Below the pieces are notes generated by a model. The model saw only the letters and a list, made by a program, of their open reading frames with translations. It was not told the DNA's origin and ran no database searches. A stretch of 64,000 bases of DNA from an uncultured virus (IMG/VR IMGVR_UViG_3300019371_000141) (Duplodnaviria > Heunggongvirae > Uroviricota > Caudoviricetes). The DNA lies in IMG/VR virus record IMGVR_UViG_3300019371_000141, one strand, 5' to 3'. Shown here in pieces: positions 55,988-64,000 of the stretch. Within the stretch, counting starts at the first letter, position 1, and each line of letters opens with the position of its first letter. A program made the translations under genes and the position numbers.

Positions 55988-56792
55988 TGTCGGAAAAGAG
56001 CAGGAGACTGATACACCGGATGATCCTGAACCTGAAACACAGGAGCGAGTCCTTGAGCTTTACGGCACTATCGCAGAGGAAAGCTGGTTTGATGACGACA
56101 TCACCCCGGCAATGTTCCGCGAGGAGTTATTTTCCGGAAACGGTCCTGTTACCGTGTGGATCAACTCGCCCGGCGGGGACTGCATCGCAGCAAGCCAGAT
56201 CTATACGATGCTGATGGACTACAAGGGAGATGTGACAGTCAAAATCGACGGCATCGCTGCATCGGCGGCGTCCGTTATCGCCATGGCAGGAACAAAGGTA
56301 CTGATGAGTCCGACTGCCATGATGATGATCCACAATCCTGCGACCATCGCTATGGGCGACCATGAGGATATGCAGAAAGCCATCGAGATGCTTGACGAGG
56401 TCAAGGAGAGCATTATCAATGCCTACGAGATCAAGTCGGGCCAGTCAAGGGCGAAGATATCCCATCTTATGGATGCCGAGACCTGGATGAATGCCAATAA
56501 GGCTGTGGAGCTTGGCTTTGCAGACGGTGTGCTTGAGGATGAAAAATTAAAGGATGTCATCGTTCCTGCCTATGCGTTTTCAAGGAAAAATATGCAAGCG
56601 GAGCTGATGAATAAGATAAGTGCAAAAGCAAAGAGAATTGCACCTGCGGTCGCAAAGCCTGCGGCTCCTGCAAAGGCATCCGCAGTCCGTCCGGAAACAG
56701 TGAAAGCTGCGCCGGAAGCAAAATCAGAATCCGCGGGGCGCTCAGTTGATGAACTGAAAGAGCGCCTTGAAACAATCAAAAACTATATTTAA
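55929..56792 (+). CDS. ClpP-type prohead protease
   Basis: INSPGG, AASAASVIAM, MMIHNP, ETWM.A..AVELGFAD. Confidence 0.93.
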   Translation: MSQKKFWVWKNRADEDYEDDVGKEQETDTPDDPEPETQERVLELYGTIAEESWFDDDITPAMFREELFSGNGPVTVWINSPGGDCIAASQIYTMLMDYKGDVTVKIDGIAASAASVIAMAGTKVLMSPTAMMMIHNPATIAMGDHEDMQKAIEMLDEVKESIINAYEIKSGQSRAKISHLMDAETWMNANKAVELGFADGVLEDEKLKDVIVPAYAFSRKNMQAELMNKISAKAKRIAPAVAKPAAPAKASAVRPETVKAAPEAKSESAGRSVDELKERLETIKNYI

Positions 56793-56808
56793 ACGGAGGT
56801 AAAAACCT

Positions 56809-57990
56809 ATGACTATCGTTGAAATGAGAGAGAAGAGAGCAAAGCTGTGGAATACCATGGAGGGTTTCCTGGATACCCACAGAAATGACAAGGGTGTGCT
56901 TTCTGCAGAGGATGATGCCACCTATGCAAATATGGAAAAGGATCTGAACGATCTTTCCAATGAGATCAGACGCATGGAGAGAAGAGATGCCATGGAGGCA
57001 GAACTCAGAAAGCCTGTAAGCCGGCCCCTTACTTCTGCACCTGAAAAGCCCGTAGCGGATATAAAGACCGGCAGGGCGAGCAACGCATACAAGGAGGACT
57101 TCGGCAGGCATCTTCGTGGCAAGGCACCTATCCACAATGTTCTTTCCGAAAGCACTGACGCTGACGGCGGATATCTTGTTCCTGAAGAGTTCGAGCATGA
57201 TATCATCACGGGCCTTGATGAAGCGAATGTGATCCGTTCGCTTGCCAAGGTCATTACAACCCGGAATGACAGAAAGATTCCTGTTTCTGTGGGACACTCC
57301 GTTGCGGCATGGACTGCGGAGAATGACGCATATACCGAGAGTAATCCGACTTTCGGACAGAAAGAGATCGATGCGCATAAGCTGACAGATCTTATCCGTA
57401 TCAGTGTAGAACTTCTGCAGGATGCTGCATTTCCGCTTGAGCAGTATATCGCTAACGAGTTCGCCAGAGCCTTTGGTATTGCCGAGGAACAGGCTTTCTG
57501 TGTCGGCACGGGATCCGGTCAGCCTACAGGTATTTTTACTGCAAACGGTGGAACAGTCGGTGTTACTGCGGCTGCAAACAATGCTGTTACAGCGGACGAG
57601 ATTATCAATCTTGTATATGCACTTAAGGCTCCTTACAGGAGAAATGCAAAGTTCCTTATGAATGATGCAACTATCTCCCAGATCAGAAAGCTGAAGGACG
57701 GCAACGGTGTATATCTCTGGCAGCCTTCTCTTCAGGCGGGAGAGCCTGACAGACTTCTTGGCTATGAACTTTACACCAGCCCTTATGTTCCGGTAATGGC
57801 CGCCGGCGCATATACCATTGCTTTCGGTGACTTCAAAAACTACTGGATCGGTGACAGGTCCGGCAGAACTGTTCAGAGGCTGAACGAGCTTTATGCGACA
57901 AACGGACAGATCGGTTATGTGGCTACCGAGCGTGTGGACGGCAAGGTGATCCTTCCTGAAGGCATCCAGCTCCTTAAGATGAAGGCGTAA
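56809..57990 (+). CDS. Major capsid protein (HK97 fold)
   Basis: Coiled-coil delta domain, DGGYLVPEEF, ISVELLQD, FGDF, ERVDG. Confidence 0.95.
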   Translation: MTIVEMREKRAKLWNTMEGFLDTHRNDKGVLSAEDDATYANMEKDLNDLSNEIRRMERRDAMEAELRKPVSRPLTSAPEKPVADIKTGRASNAYKEDFGRHLRGKAPIHNVLSESTDADGGYLVPEEFEHDIITGLDEANVIRSLAKVITTRNDRKIPVSVGHSVAAWTAENDAYTESNPTFGQKEIDAHKLTDLIRISVELLQDAAFPLEQYIANEFARAFGIAEEQAFCVGTGSGQPTGIFTANGGTVGVTAAANNAVTADEIINLVYALKAPYRRNAKFLMNDATISQIRKLKDGNGVYLWQPSLQAGEPDRLLGYELYTSPYVPVMAAGAYTIAFGDFKNYWIGDRSGRTVQRLNELYATNGQIGYVATERVDGKVILPEGIQLLKMKA

Positions 57991-58069
57991 GACAATAATC
58001 ATATAATCGGCAGGGGGTACGGGACCTATACCCGTATCCCGCCGGATTATAAATCGGAGGTAAGAAACT

Positions 58070-58408
58070 ATGAGCGGATATAACACAAAAAACTACACCG
58101 AACAGGGCGGAGACGTAACGCATATCGGCGGTAAGCTGGTATTCGATGAAGGCAGTTCCGTTGAGAACTTTCCCGGCGGCGGAGGAGAGGGATACACCCT
58201 CCCTCCTGCGACAGCATCTACCCTCGGCGGAGTAAAAGTTGGTGCAGGGCTTTCCGTAACGAATGACGGGACGATCTCTGCCGATGGCATAACACCTGCC
58301 GCAAACCAGACAGACAGCACGGCATCGACCATAGCCGACCTTAAGACGGATTTCAATGCCCTACTTGCAAAGCTGAAAGCCGCCGGTATCATGGCGGCTG
58401 ACGAATAA
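58070..58408 (+). CDS. Head fibre / decoration protein
   Basis: YTLPPATASTLGGVKVG; DFNALLAKLKAAG. Confidence 0.7.
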   Translation: MSGYNTKNYTEQGGDVTHIGGKLVFDEGSSVENFPGGGGEGYTLPPATASTLGGVKVGAGLSVTNDGTISADGITPAANQTDSTASTIADLKTDFNALLAKLKAAGIMAADE

Positions 58409-58424
58409 CGAAAGGAGCGGCGGT

Positions 58425-58736
58425 ATGAGTACATTGCTTGAAAAAGTAAAAGCAAACCTTATCCTAGAGCATAACGAGGATGACAGTCTTATCGAGGGGT
58501 TCATCACCGCCGCTGTTTCCTATGCCGAAAGCTATCAGCATATAGAAGAGGGGCATTACAGTGAAAACCCCATGCCGCCCACGACCGAGCAGGCAGTCAT
58601 CATGCTTGCCAGTCATTTTTATGAGAGCCGTGACGGTTCCACGGGCGGTTTCTTTTCGGATAACGTTAATGCGGCGCAGCAGATATGGAACACGGTAAAT
58701 CTTCTCCTGCGGCTCGACCGGGACTGGAAGGTGTGA
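58425..58736 (+). CDS. Head-tail connector (gp6-like)
   Basis: LLEKVKANL..EDD.LI...I.AA..YAE; AVIMLASHFYESR. Confidence 0.88.
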   Translation: MSTLLEKVKANLILEHNEDDSLIEGFITAAVSYAESYQHIEEGHYSENPMPPTTEQAVIMLASHFYESRDGSTGGFFSDNVNAAQQIWNTVNLLLRLDRDWKV

Positions 58737-58737
58737 T

Positions 58738-59070
58738 ATGAGCTTCGGAAAAATGAACACGAAAATAACTATCGTGGAGAAAAGTATCAGCACCGATGAG
58801 GACGGTTTTAAGTCGGAGGAAGATACGGTTATCGCAGAAGTTCGGGCTTATCGTGAAGGACGGCACGGCAGTGAGAAATGGGCTAACATGGCGACATATT
58901 CTACTGCCACCGACCTGTTCCGTTTCCGTATTATTCACGGAGTAACGGTAACAAAAAACATGAAGATACTCTGCGATAACAGAACATTTGAGATCATATC
59001 CGTGGAAGATGTTAAGGGGCGCGGTATGTATCTTGAGGTATTGGGACAGGAGGTGACTGCCGGTGGCTAA
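58738..59070 (+). CDS. Head closure / adaptor protein
   Basis: FGKMN..ITI...DEDGF; FRFR; synteny. Confidence 0.82.
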   Translation: MSFGKMNTKITIVEKSISTDEDGFKSEEDTVIAEVRAYREGRHGSEKWANMATYSTATDLFRFRIIHGVTVTKNMKILCDNRTFEIISVEDVKGRGMYLEVLGQEVTAGG

Positions 59071-59491
59071 AGCAAGTTTCAAAATGCCCGAGGATTTTCT
59101 GCTTAAGATTTCAAAACTCGGGGATAAAACGGATGAGATACTTCCGAAAGTCCTGCAGGCAGGAGCGGAGGTCGTTGAGAAAAAAGTGCGCTCCAATTTA
59201 CAGGCATCCATCGGAAAAGGCAGTACTCCTTCTAAATCCACAGGACAGCTTTTATCGGCGCTCGGCACATCTCCACCAAGGCAGGACAAGGACGGAAATT
59301 TCGATGTGAAAATTGGTTTCTCTGAGCCAAGGGCTGACGGCAGCAGTAATGCTATGGTGGCATCAGTGCTTGAATACGGCAAAAGCGGTCAGCCGCCGAG
59401 ACCTTTTCTTAAGCCCGCAAAATCGGCTGCAAAGAATGAGTGCATAGAAGCCATGAAAGCAAAACTGGAATCGGAGGTGGGGAATATATGA
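59063..59491 (+). CDS. HK97 gp10-family protein
   Basis: STGQL, LEYGKS.QPPRPFLKPA. Confidence 0.85.
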   Translation: MAKASFKMPEDFLLKISKLGDKTDEILPKVLQAGAEVVEKKVRSNLQASIGKGSTPSKSTGQLLSALGTSPPRQDKDGNFDVKIGFSEPRADGSSNAMVASVLEYGKSGQPPRPFLKPAKSAAKNECIEAMKAKLESEVGNI

Positions 59492-59826
59492 GTCTTTTAT
59501 CGGAACTGAAAACCATCATCACAGGATTAGGACTTCCGGTTGAAACGGGCGTGTTCTCCGGGATGCCTCCCGACAGATACACAGTGCTGACGCCGCTTTC
59601 CGATACGTTCGATATGTATGCGGATAACAGGCCTGAGATAGATGTGGAAGAGGTCAGGATATCCATTTTTGACAAGGGAAACTATCTGTCTGTGAAAAGG
59701 CAGATAACGGCGGCGCTTTTATCTTCCGATATCACCATCACCGACAGAAGATATGTCGGCCATGAAAATGATACCGGATATAACCACTATGCCATTGATG
59801 TGGCAAAAGAATATATAACAAACTAA
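59488..59826 (+). CDS. Tail completion / terminator protein
   Basis: PVETGVF...HENDTGYNHYAID; synteny. Confidence 0.75.
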   Translation: MSLLSELKTIITGLGLPVETGVFSGMPPDRYTVLTPLSDTFDMYADNRPEIDVEEVRISIFDKGNYLSVKRQITAALLSSDITITDRRYVGHENDTGYNHYAIDVAKEYITN

Positions 59827-59841
59827 CAGGAGGAATGAACT

Positions 59842-60444
59842 ATGGCAACGATAGGACTTGACAGTCTGTATTATTCAAAGATCACCGAAAATGCATCGGG
59901 TGAAGAAACCTATGCAACACCTGTGAAGCTCGCCAAGGCGATCGAGGCGGAAGTCTCCGTGGAGCTTAACGAGGCTATCCTTTATGCCGATGACGGAACC
60001 GATACCGTTATCAAGGAATTCAAAAGCGGATCCATTACACTCGGTGTAAATGATATAGGCAAGGATGCCGCAAAGGATCTGACAGGAGCGACCGTGGACA
60101 GAAACGGTGTGCTCGTATCAACAGGCGAGGATACTCCCGTACCCGTGGCTATCGGCTTCAGGGCAAAGACAGCAAGCGGCAAGTACAGATACTTCTGGAT
60201 TTACCGCGTGCTTTTTGGTATCCCCGGAACGAGCCTTAAAACCAAGGGCGACAGCGTGGAGTTCCAGACACCTTCCATCGAGGGTACTATCTCAAGAAGG
60301 AACAAGCTGGACGGACAGGACAGGCACCCGTGGAAAGCGGAGGTCACCGAGGGCGAAACTGGTGTTACGGCAGGAACGCTTACAAACTGGTTCCAGAGTG
60401 TATATGAGCCGAACTATACGGCAGCCGCTGGCGGCAACGGTTAA
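59842..60444 (+). CDS. Major tail protein (phi13-like)
   Basis: MATIGLDSLYY, LYADD, VAIGFRA, TKGDSVEFQTP.IEG. Confidence 0.9.
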   Translation: MATIGLDSLYYSKITENASGEETYATPVKLAKAIEAEVSVELNEAILYADDGTDTVIKEFKSGSITLGVNDIGKDAAKDLTGATVDRNGVLVSTGEDTPVPVAIGFRAKTASGKYRYFWIYRVLFGIPGTSLKTKGDSVEFQTPSIEGTISRRNKLDGQDRHPWKAEVTEGETGVTAGTLTNWFQSVYEPNYTAAAGGNG

Positions 60445-60457
60445 GGAGGAATGACCT

Positions 60458-60850
60458 ATGGCAGAGAATAAGAATACGGCAGTAAGCGACAGAGCTTCTG
60501 TGATCACCATCGGCGGGAAAGAGTATGAACTGCTCCTTACCACAAAGGCAACAAAAGAGATCGGAAAGAAGTACGGAGGACTTGGTGACCTCGGGGAAAA
60601 GCTGATGAAGTCGGAGAACTTCGAGAAAGCCATCGATGAGCTCATCTGGCTTATCACGCTTCTTGCCAATCAGCCGATACTGATCCACAACATCAGGGAG
60701 CCTGAAAACAAGAAAGCTCTCCTTGAGCCCGAGACCGTGGAGCTTCTTACCACACCTCTTGAGCTTGCTGATTTCAAGGACGCCATCATGGATGCCCTTA
60801 TGAAAGGCACAAAGAGGAATATAGAGAGCGAGCCCGAAAAAAACGCATAG
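60458..60850 (+). CDS. Tail assembly chaperone (G-like)
   Basis: Lies between the major tail and tape-measure genes; ends in slippery A AAA AAC. Confidence 0.8.
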   Translation: MAENKNTAVSDRASVITIGGKEYELLLTTKATKEIGKKYGGLGDLGEKLMKSENFEKAIDELIWLITLLANQPILIHNIREPENKKALLEPETVELLTTPLELADFKDAIMDALMKGTKRNIESEPEKNA

Positions 60851-61053
60851 GCGGGCAGGATACCTCTGACGAGGAGGTCTTTGCCCGTCTTATCTTTTAC
60901 GGAGTCACACTTCTGAACCGGACGGAAGAGGAAGTGTGGCTTATGCCCCTGGGGCATCTATTAGACCAGTGGGAGATATATAAGCAGTTCAACGGACTGG
61001 CAAAAGCGAAAAAAGAGCACTTTATTGATGAGGTCATTCCGTATGGGATATAA
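60838..61053 (+). CDS. -1 frameshift extension of the tail chaperone (GT-like)
   Basis: The -1 frame after the heptamer at 60838-60844 reads RIGGQDTSDEEVFARLIFYG...EVIPYGI* and has no obvious own start. Confidence 0.7.
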   Translation, partial: KKRIGGQDTSDEEVFARLIFYGVTLLNRTEEEVWLMPLGHLLDQWEIYKQFNGLAKAKKEHFIDEVIPYGI

Positions 61054-61057
61054 AAAG

Positions 61058-61090
61058 AATTCCCGTTCTACAGTTTGTAAAACGGGAATT
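61058..61090. terminator. Hairpin between convergent genes
   Basis: AATTCCCGTT/AACGGGAATT stem. Confidence 0.7.
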
Positions 61091-61095
61091 TGTAA

Positions 61096-62241
61096 TTAAG
61101 TGTCTTTTCGAAGAATCTCCAAATATGAAGTATAAGAATAAATCTTTGATTTTCCGACTTTTGATGTTTGTGACAGTATTCCTTTGTCGCAGAAAAGGTC
61201 CACATACTTGGCTGTAGTGTTATAGGAGAAGCCCAATGCATCAGAAGTCTTTTTGACATCGATAATGGGATTCTTTTCAAGGTATGTGAGAAGGCTCTTC
61301 AGGTTGTTTTTTATTCGAGAGGATTCAGCATCAATCAGATCAATGTTTTTAGTGTGTAAAGCAGTCAGCTTATCGATGGTGTCTATTGCATCTTCGGCTG
61401 TTTCCGCAATTGCTCGTAGGAAGAACAGAATCCACTGTTCATAATTTCCGCTTTTTCTGACTTCTGTCATTCTGTCATAATATTCAATACGATTAGATTT
61501 CAGATAGCAGGAAATATAAAGCGATGGGGTAGAAAGAATATGTGTCTCCATCAGGAAAAGAGTGATAAGGAGACGACCAACTCTGCCATTTCCATCGAGG
61601 AAGGGATGAATGGTCTCAAATTGATAATGAATAAGGGCAGCCTTGATAAGCGGATCGAGGGAATCTTCAGCATTAAGGTATTTTTCAAGATCAGACATCG
61701 CATCTTTCATATCTTGCGGATTAGGTGGAATATATCTTGCATTCTTCAGTGTGCTGCCTTGCCCACCTATCCAGTTTTGGGAATAACGGAATTCACCGGG
61801 AGTCTTTTCACTGCCGCGAACCCCTGAAAGCAGAACTGAATGCGTTTCTTTAATCAGTCTGTTGCACAGGGGAAGCGTGTTTAATCGGTTTACAGCATAC
61901 TCCGCAGCCTTAATGTAGTTAACTACATCTGATACATCACCATTTATATTGGTTTCGATATTCGGATCAAGAACATCGTCAAGCGTACATTGTGTGCCCT
62001 CAATCTGTGAAGAAACCAGTGCTTCCTTGCGGACATACATTGCTACGAACAGATCCATATTCGGAATTCGGGATGATAGACCATCTAAAAGAGCAACTTT
62101 TCGATTGGCTTCAATCAAAAGAGATGTTGCTTCATTGTCGAGTTCGACAGGTGGAGAAGGCGGCAGTGGAGCAGGACGGAATGAACGATATTCGGCATCC
62201 CCTGAAAGATTAGTAACAAAAGAACCAGAACGGTTTTGCAT
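61096..62241 (-). CDS. Fic-family protein with C-terminal winged helix (moron)
   Basis: EALVSSQIEGT, HPFLDGNGRVGR; ATG 62241 follows a GAGGTG RBS. Confidence 0.92.
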   Translation of the reverse strand: MQNRSGSFVTNLSGDAEYRSFRPAPLPPSPPVELDNEATSLLIEANRKVALLDGLSSRIPNMDLFVAMYVRKEALVSSQIEGTQCTLDDVLDPNIETNINGDVSDVVNYIKAAEYAVNRLNTLPLCNRLIKETHSVLLSGVRGSEKTPGEFRYSQNWIGGQGSTLKNARYIPPNPQDMKDAMSDLEKYLNAEDSLDPLIKAALIHYQFETIHPFLDGNGRVGRLLITLFLMETHILSTPSLYISCYLKSNRIEYYDRMTEVRKSGNYEQWILFFLRAIAETAEDAIDTIDKLTALHTKNIDLIDAESSRIKNNLKSLLTYLEKNPIIDVKKTSDALGFSYNTTAKYVDLFCDKGILSQTSKVGKSKIYSYTSYLEILRKDT

Positions 62242-62258
62242 ATCAATCACCTCTGAAG

Positions 62259-62388
62259 TTGAGTTTTCTGTTTCTATTATACCACGGCAAACTCAAAATA
62301 TCAAGCGAACATGAAAAAATACGGATAGAAAACTCAAAAACAAGGCAGAAAATGAAATTGTATTAGATGTTATCAACGAAAAACTCAA
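62259..62388 (-). promoter_or_regulatory. fic promoter with repeated operator-like boxes
   Basis: Minus strand TTGATA-17 bp-TATAAT (62304-62276); AAACTCAA boxes at 62289, 62330 and 62381, plus an inverted copy at 62259. Confidence 0.65.
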
Positions 62389-62411
62389 GTTTGAAAGAAA
62401 GGAGGCAGCTT

Positions 62412-64000
62412 ATGGCAGATAATTTCGGCCTGAAAATCGGAGTAGAGGGCGAGAAGGAATTCAAGAAAGCACTGTCGGAGATCAACGGCACGATGAAAGT
62501 GCTGGGCTCGGAGATGAAGCTTGTTGAATCATCCTTTGATAAGCAGGATAAATCCGTTCAGGCGCTTACGTCAAGAAACGAAGTGCTGAATAAAAACATC
62601 GAAGCACAGAAGCAGAAAATCGAAACACTGAGATCAGCCCTTGAAAATGCCTCCACATCTTTCGGAGAAAATGATAAGCGAACACAGGCGTGGCAGATAC
62701 AGCTCAATAACGCAGAAGCCGCATTAAACGGCATGGAGCGGGAACTGAAGGATAATAACGATGCCCTGGATAAAGCTGCAGACGGCTTTGATGATGCCGA
62801 AAAAGAAGCCGACAAGTTCGGCAAGGAGGTCAAGGAAAGCGGTGAGCAGACAAGCTCCGCCAGCGAGAAGTTTAAAGCCGCTGGTGAAGTCTTAAAGAAG
62901 GTCGGTGAAGCCATGGCAGCCGCTGTGGCAACCATAGGAGCCGCCGCAGTCGCTACAGGCAAAAAGCTCTATGATATGGCAACGGAGACGGCAAATATCG
63001 GTGACGAGATAGACAAGACCTCACAGAAACTCGGTATGTCTGCCGAGGCCTACCAGGAGTGGGATTATGTCCTCGGCCAGTCGGGTGTGGAAATAACCTC
63101 CATGACCACAGGCTTAAAGACCCTTACCAATCAGATAGACGATGCCAAAAACGGAAGTGATAAAGCGGCAGAACGCTTTGCAAAGCTCGGTATCTCCATG
63201 GATGATCTTAACTCCATGTCAAGAGAGGACATCTTCGCAAAAGTCATCGAGGGTATGCAGGGCATGGCGGATTCCACAGACCGTGCGGCACTCGCCAACG
63301 ACCTCTTCGGTAAAAGCGGTCAGAACCTTACTCCGCTGTTTAATGAAACAGCAGAATCAACCGCAGCCTTAAAGCAACAGGCGCACGACCTCGGCATGAT
63401 CATGAGCGATGAGGCTGTGTCTGCATCGGCTGATTTTAACGACTCCCTCGATACTCTTCAGCGTACATTCACAGGCGTTAAGAACAATATCATGGGAGAA
63501 CTACTTCCGGGATTTACAGAGATAATGACCGGGCTTTCGGAGCTCCTTGTAGGCGGCGAAGGCGCTAAAGAAAAGATACAGGCAGGCGCACAGCAGCTTG
63601 TGGATAAGCTTGCAGAAGTTTTTCCGAGGATAGCCGATGTGCTTATCACTCTGGTGGCATCCGTAGCTGAAATAGCACCGGGTATCATAGATGCACTTGT
63701 GCAGGGCGTGGTCAACAACCTGCCGCAGATAGTCAGTGCCGCAGGAAAAATAATCGTGACATTCTTAAACAGCCTTGTAAGCTCTCTTCCCCAGATAGCA
63801 CAGGGGGCGCTTGAGCTTGTCATGACCCTTGTAAATGCGATACTTGAAAATCTGCCGATGATACTGGAAACGGCTATTCAGGTGATTGTAACGATTGCGA
63901 CAGGAATAGCGGATGCGCTTCCGACACTGATACCGACTGTGGTTTCGGTCATCATGCAGATCGTGACCACGCTTATCGATAATCTGCCGAGTATCCTTGA
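62412..64000 (+). CDS. Tape measure protein (3'-truncated by the window edge)
   Basis: GGAGG RBS; MADNFGLKIGVEGEKEFKKAL..., Ala/Leu-rich helical repeats. Absent from the ORF track, presumably because no stop falls inside the window. Confidence 0.9.
   Translation, partial: MADNFGLKIGVEGEKEFKKALSEINGTMKVLGSEMKLVESSFDKQDKSVQALTSRNEVLNKNIEAQKQKIETLRSALENASTSFGENDKRTQAWQIQLNNAEAALNGMERELKDNNDALDKAADGFDDAEKEADKFGKEVKESGEQTSSASEKFKAAGEVLKKVGEAMAAAVATIGAAAVATGKKLYDMATETANIGDEIDKTSQKLGMSAEAYQEWDYVLGQSGVEITSMTTGLKTLTNQIDDAKNGSDKAAERFAKLGISMDDLNSMSREDIFAKVIEGMQGMADSTDRAALANDLFGKSGQNLTPLFNETAESTAALKQQAHDLGMIMSDEAVSASADFNDSLDTLQRTFTGVKNNIMGELLPGFTEIMTGLSELLVGGEGAKEKIQAGAQQLVDKLAEVFPRIADVLITLVASVAEIAPGIIDALVQGVVNNLPQIVSAAGKIIVTFLNSLVSSLPQIAQGALELVMTLVNAILENLPMILETAIQVIVTIATGIADALPTLIPTVVSVIMQIVTTLIDNLPSIL

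Larger units (their letters stand above)
28840..64000. mobile_element. Prophage (HK97-type siphovirus, PolA-encoding), continuing beyond the window; left boundary uncertain and may include the defence island
   Basis: Ordered repressor, replication, HNH/terminase, portal, Clp protease, capsid, connector, tail and tape-measure genes. Confidence 0.9.

Overview
A Bacillota (Clostridia-like) chromosomal window in three parts. (1) 1-14.3 kb: an operon of three medium-sized secreted proteins whose signal peptides end in an A-W-F/T motif (SipW/TasA-like), followed by a ~3655-aa GLUG-repeat exoprotein; it is a candidate fibre/adhesin system. (2) 15-28.3 kb: a defence island with a LlaJI/McrBC-like restriction-modification system (RHH regulator, two C5-methyltransferases, one carrying an EndoIII-type 4Fe-4S motif, McrB-like and McrC-like subunits, Vsr), a GmrSD-like DUF262-HNH protein, and an ietAS-type AAA ATPase + S8 protease pair with a coupled HTH gene. 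(3) 28.8 kb to the end: the left part of an HK97-type siphoprophage: repressor, structured leader and sigma-like gene, PolA/SNF2/primase replication module, HNH-terS, metK plus methylases, amidoligase cargo, head and tail genes, running off inside the tape-measure gene, with MazF, Phd/Doc and Fic insertions. No integrase, lysis cassette, tRNA, rRNA or CRISPR array is visible. The most notable signals not shown by the ORF track are a two-state RNA leader before the sigma gene, an ORF overprinted inside the phage C5-methylase, a duplicated 44-bp putative phage promoter, and phased operator repeats at ietA. All family assignments come from motif recognition by eye, not from database searches.
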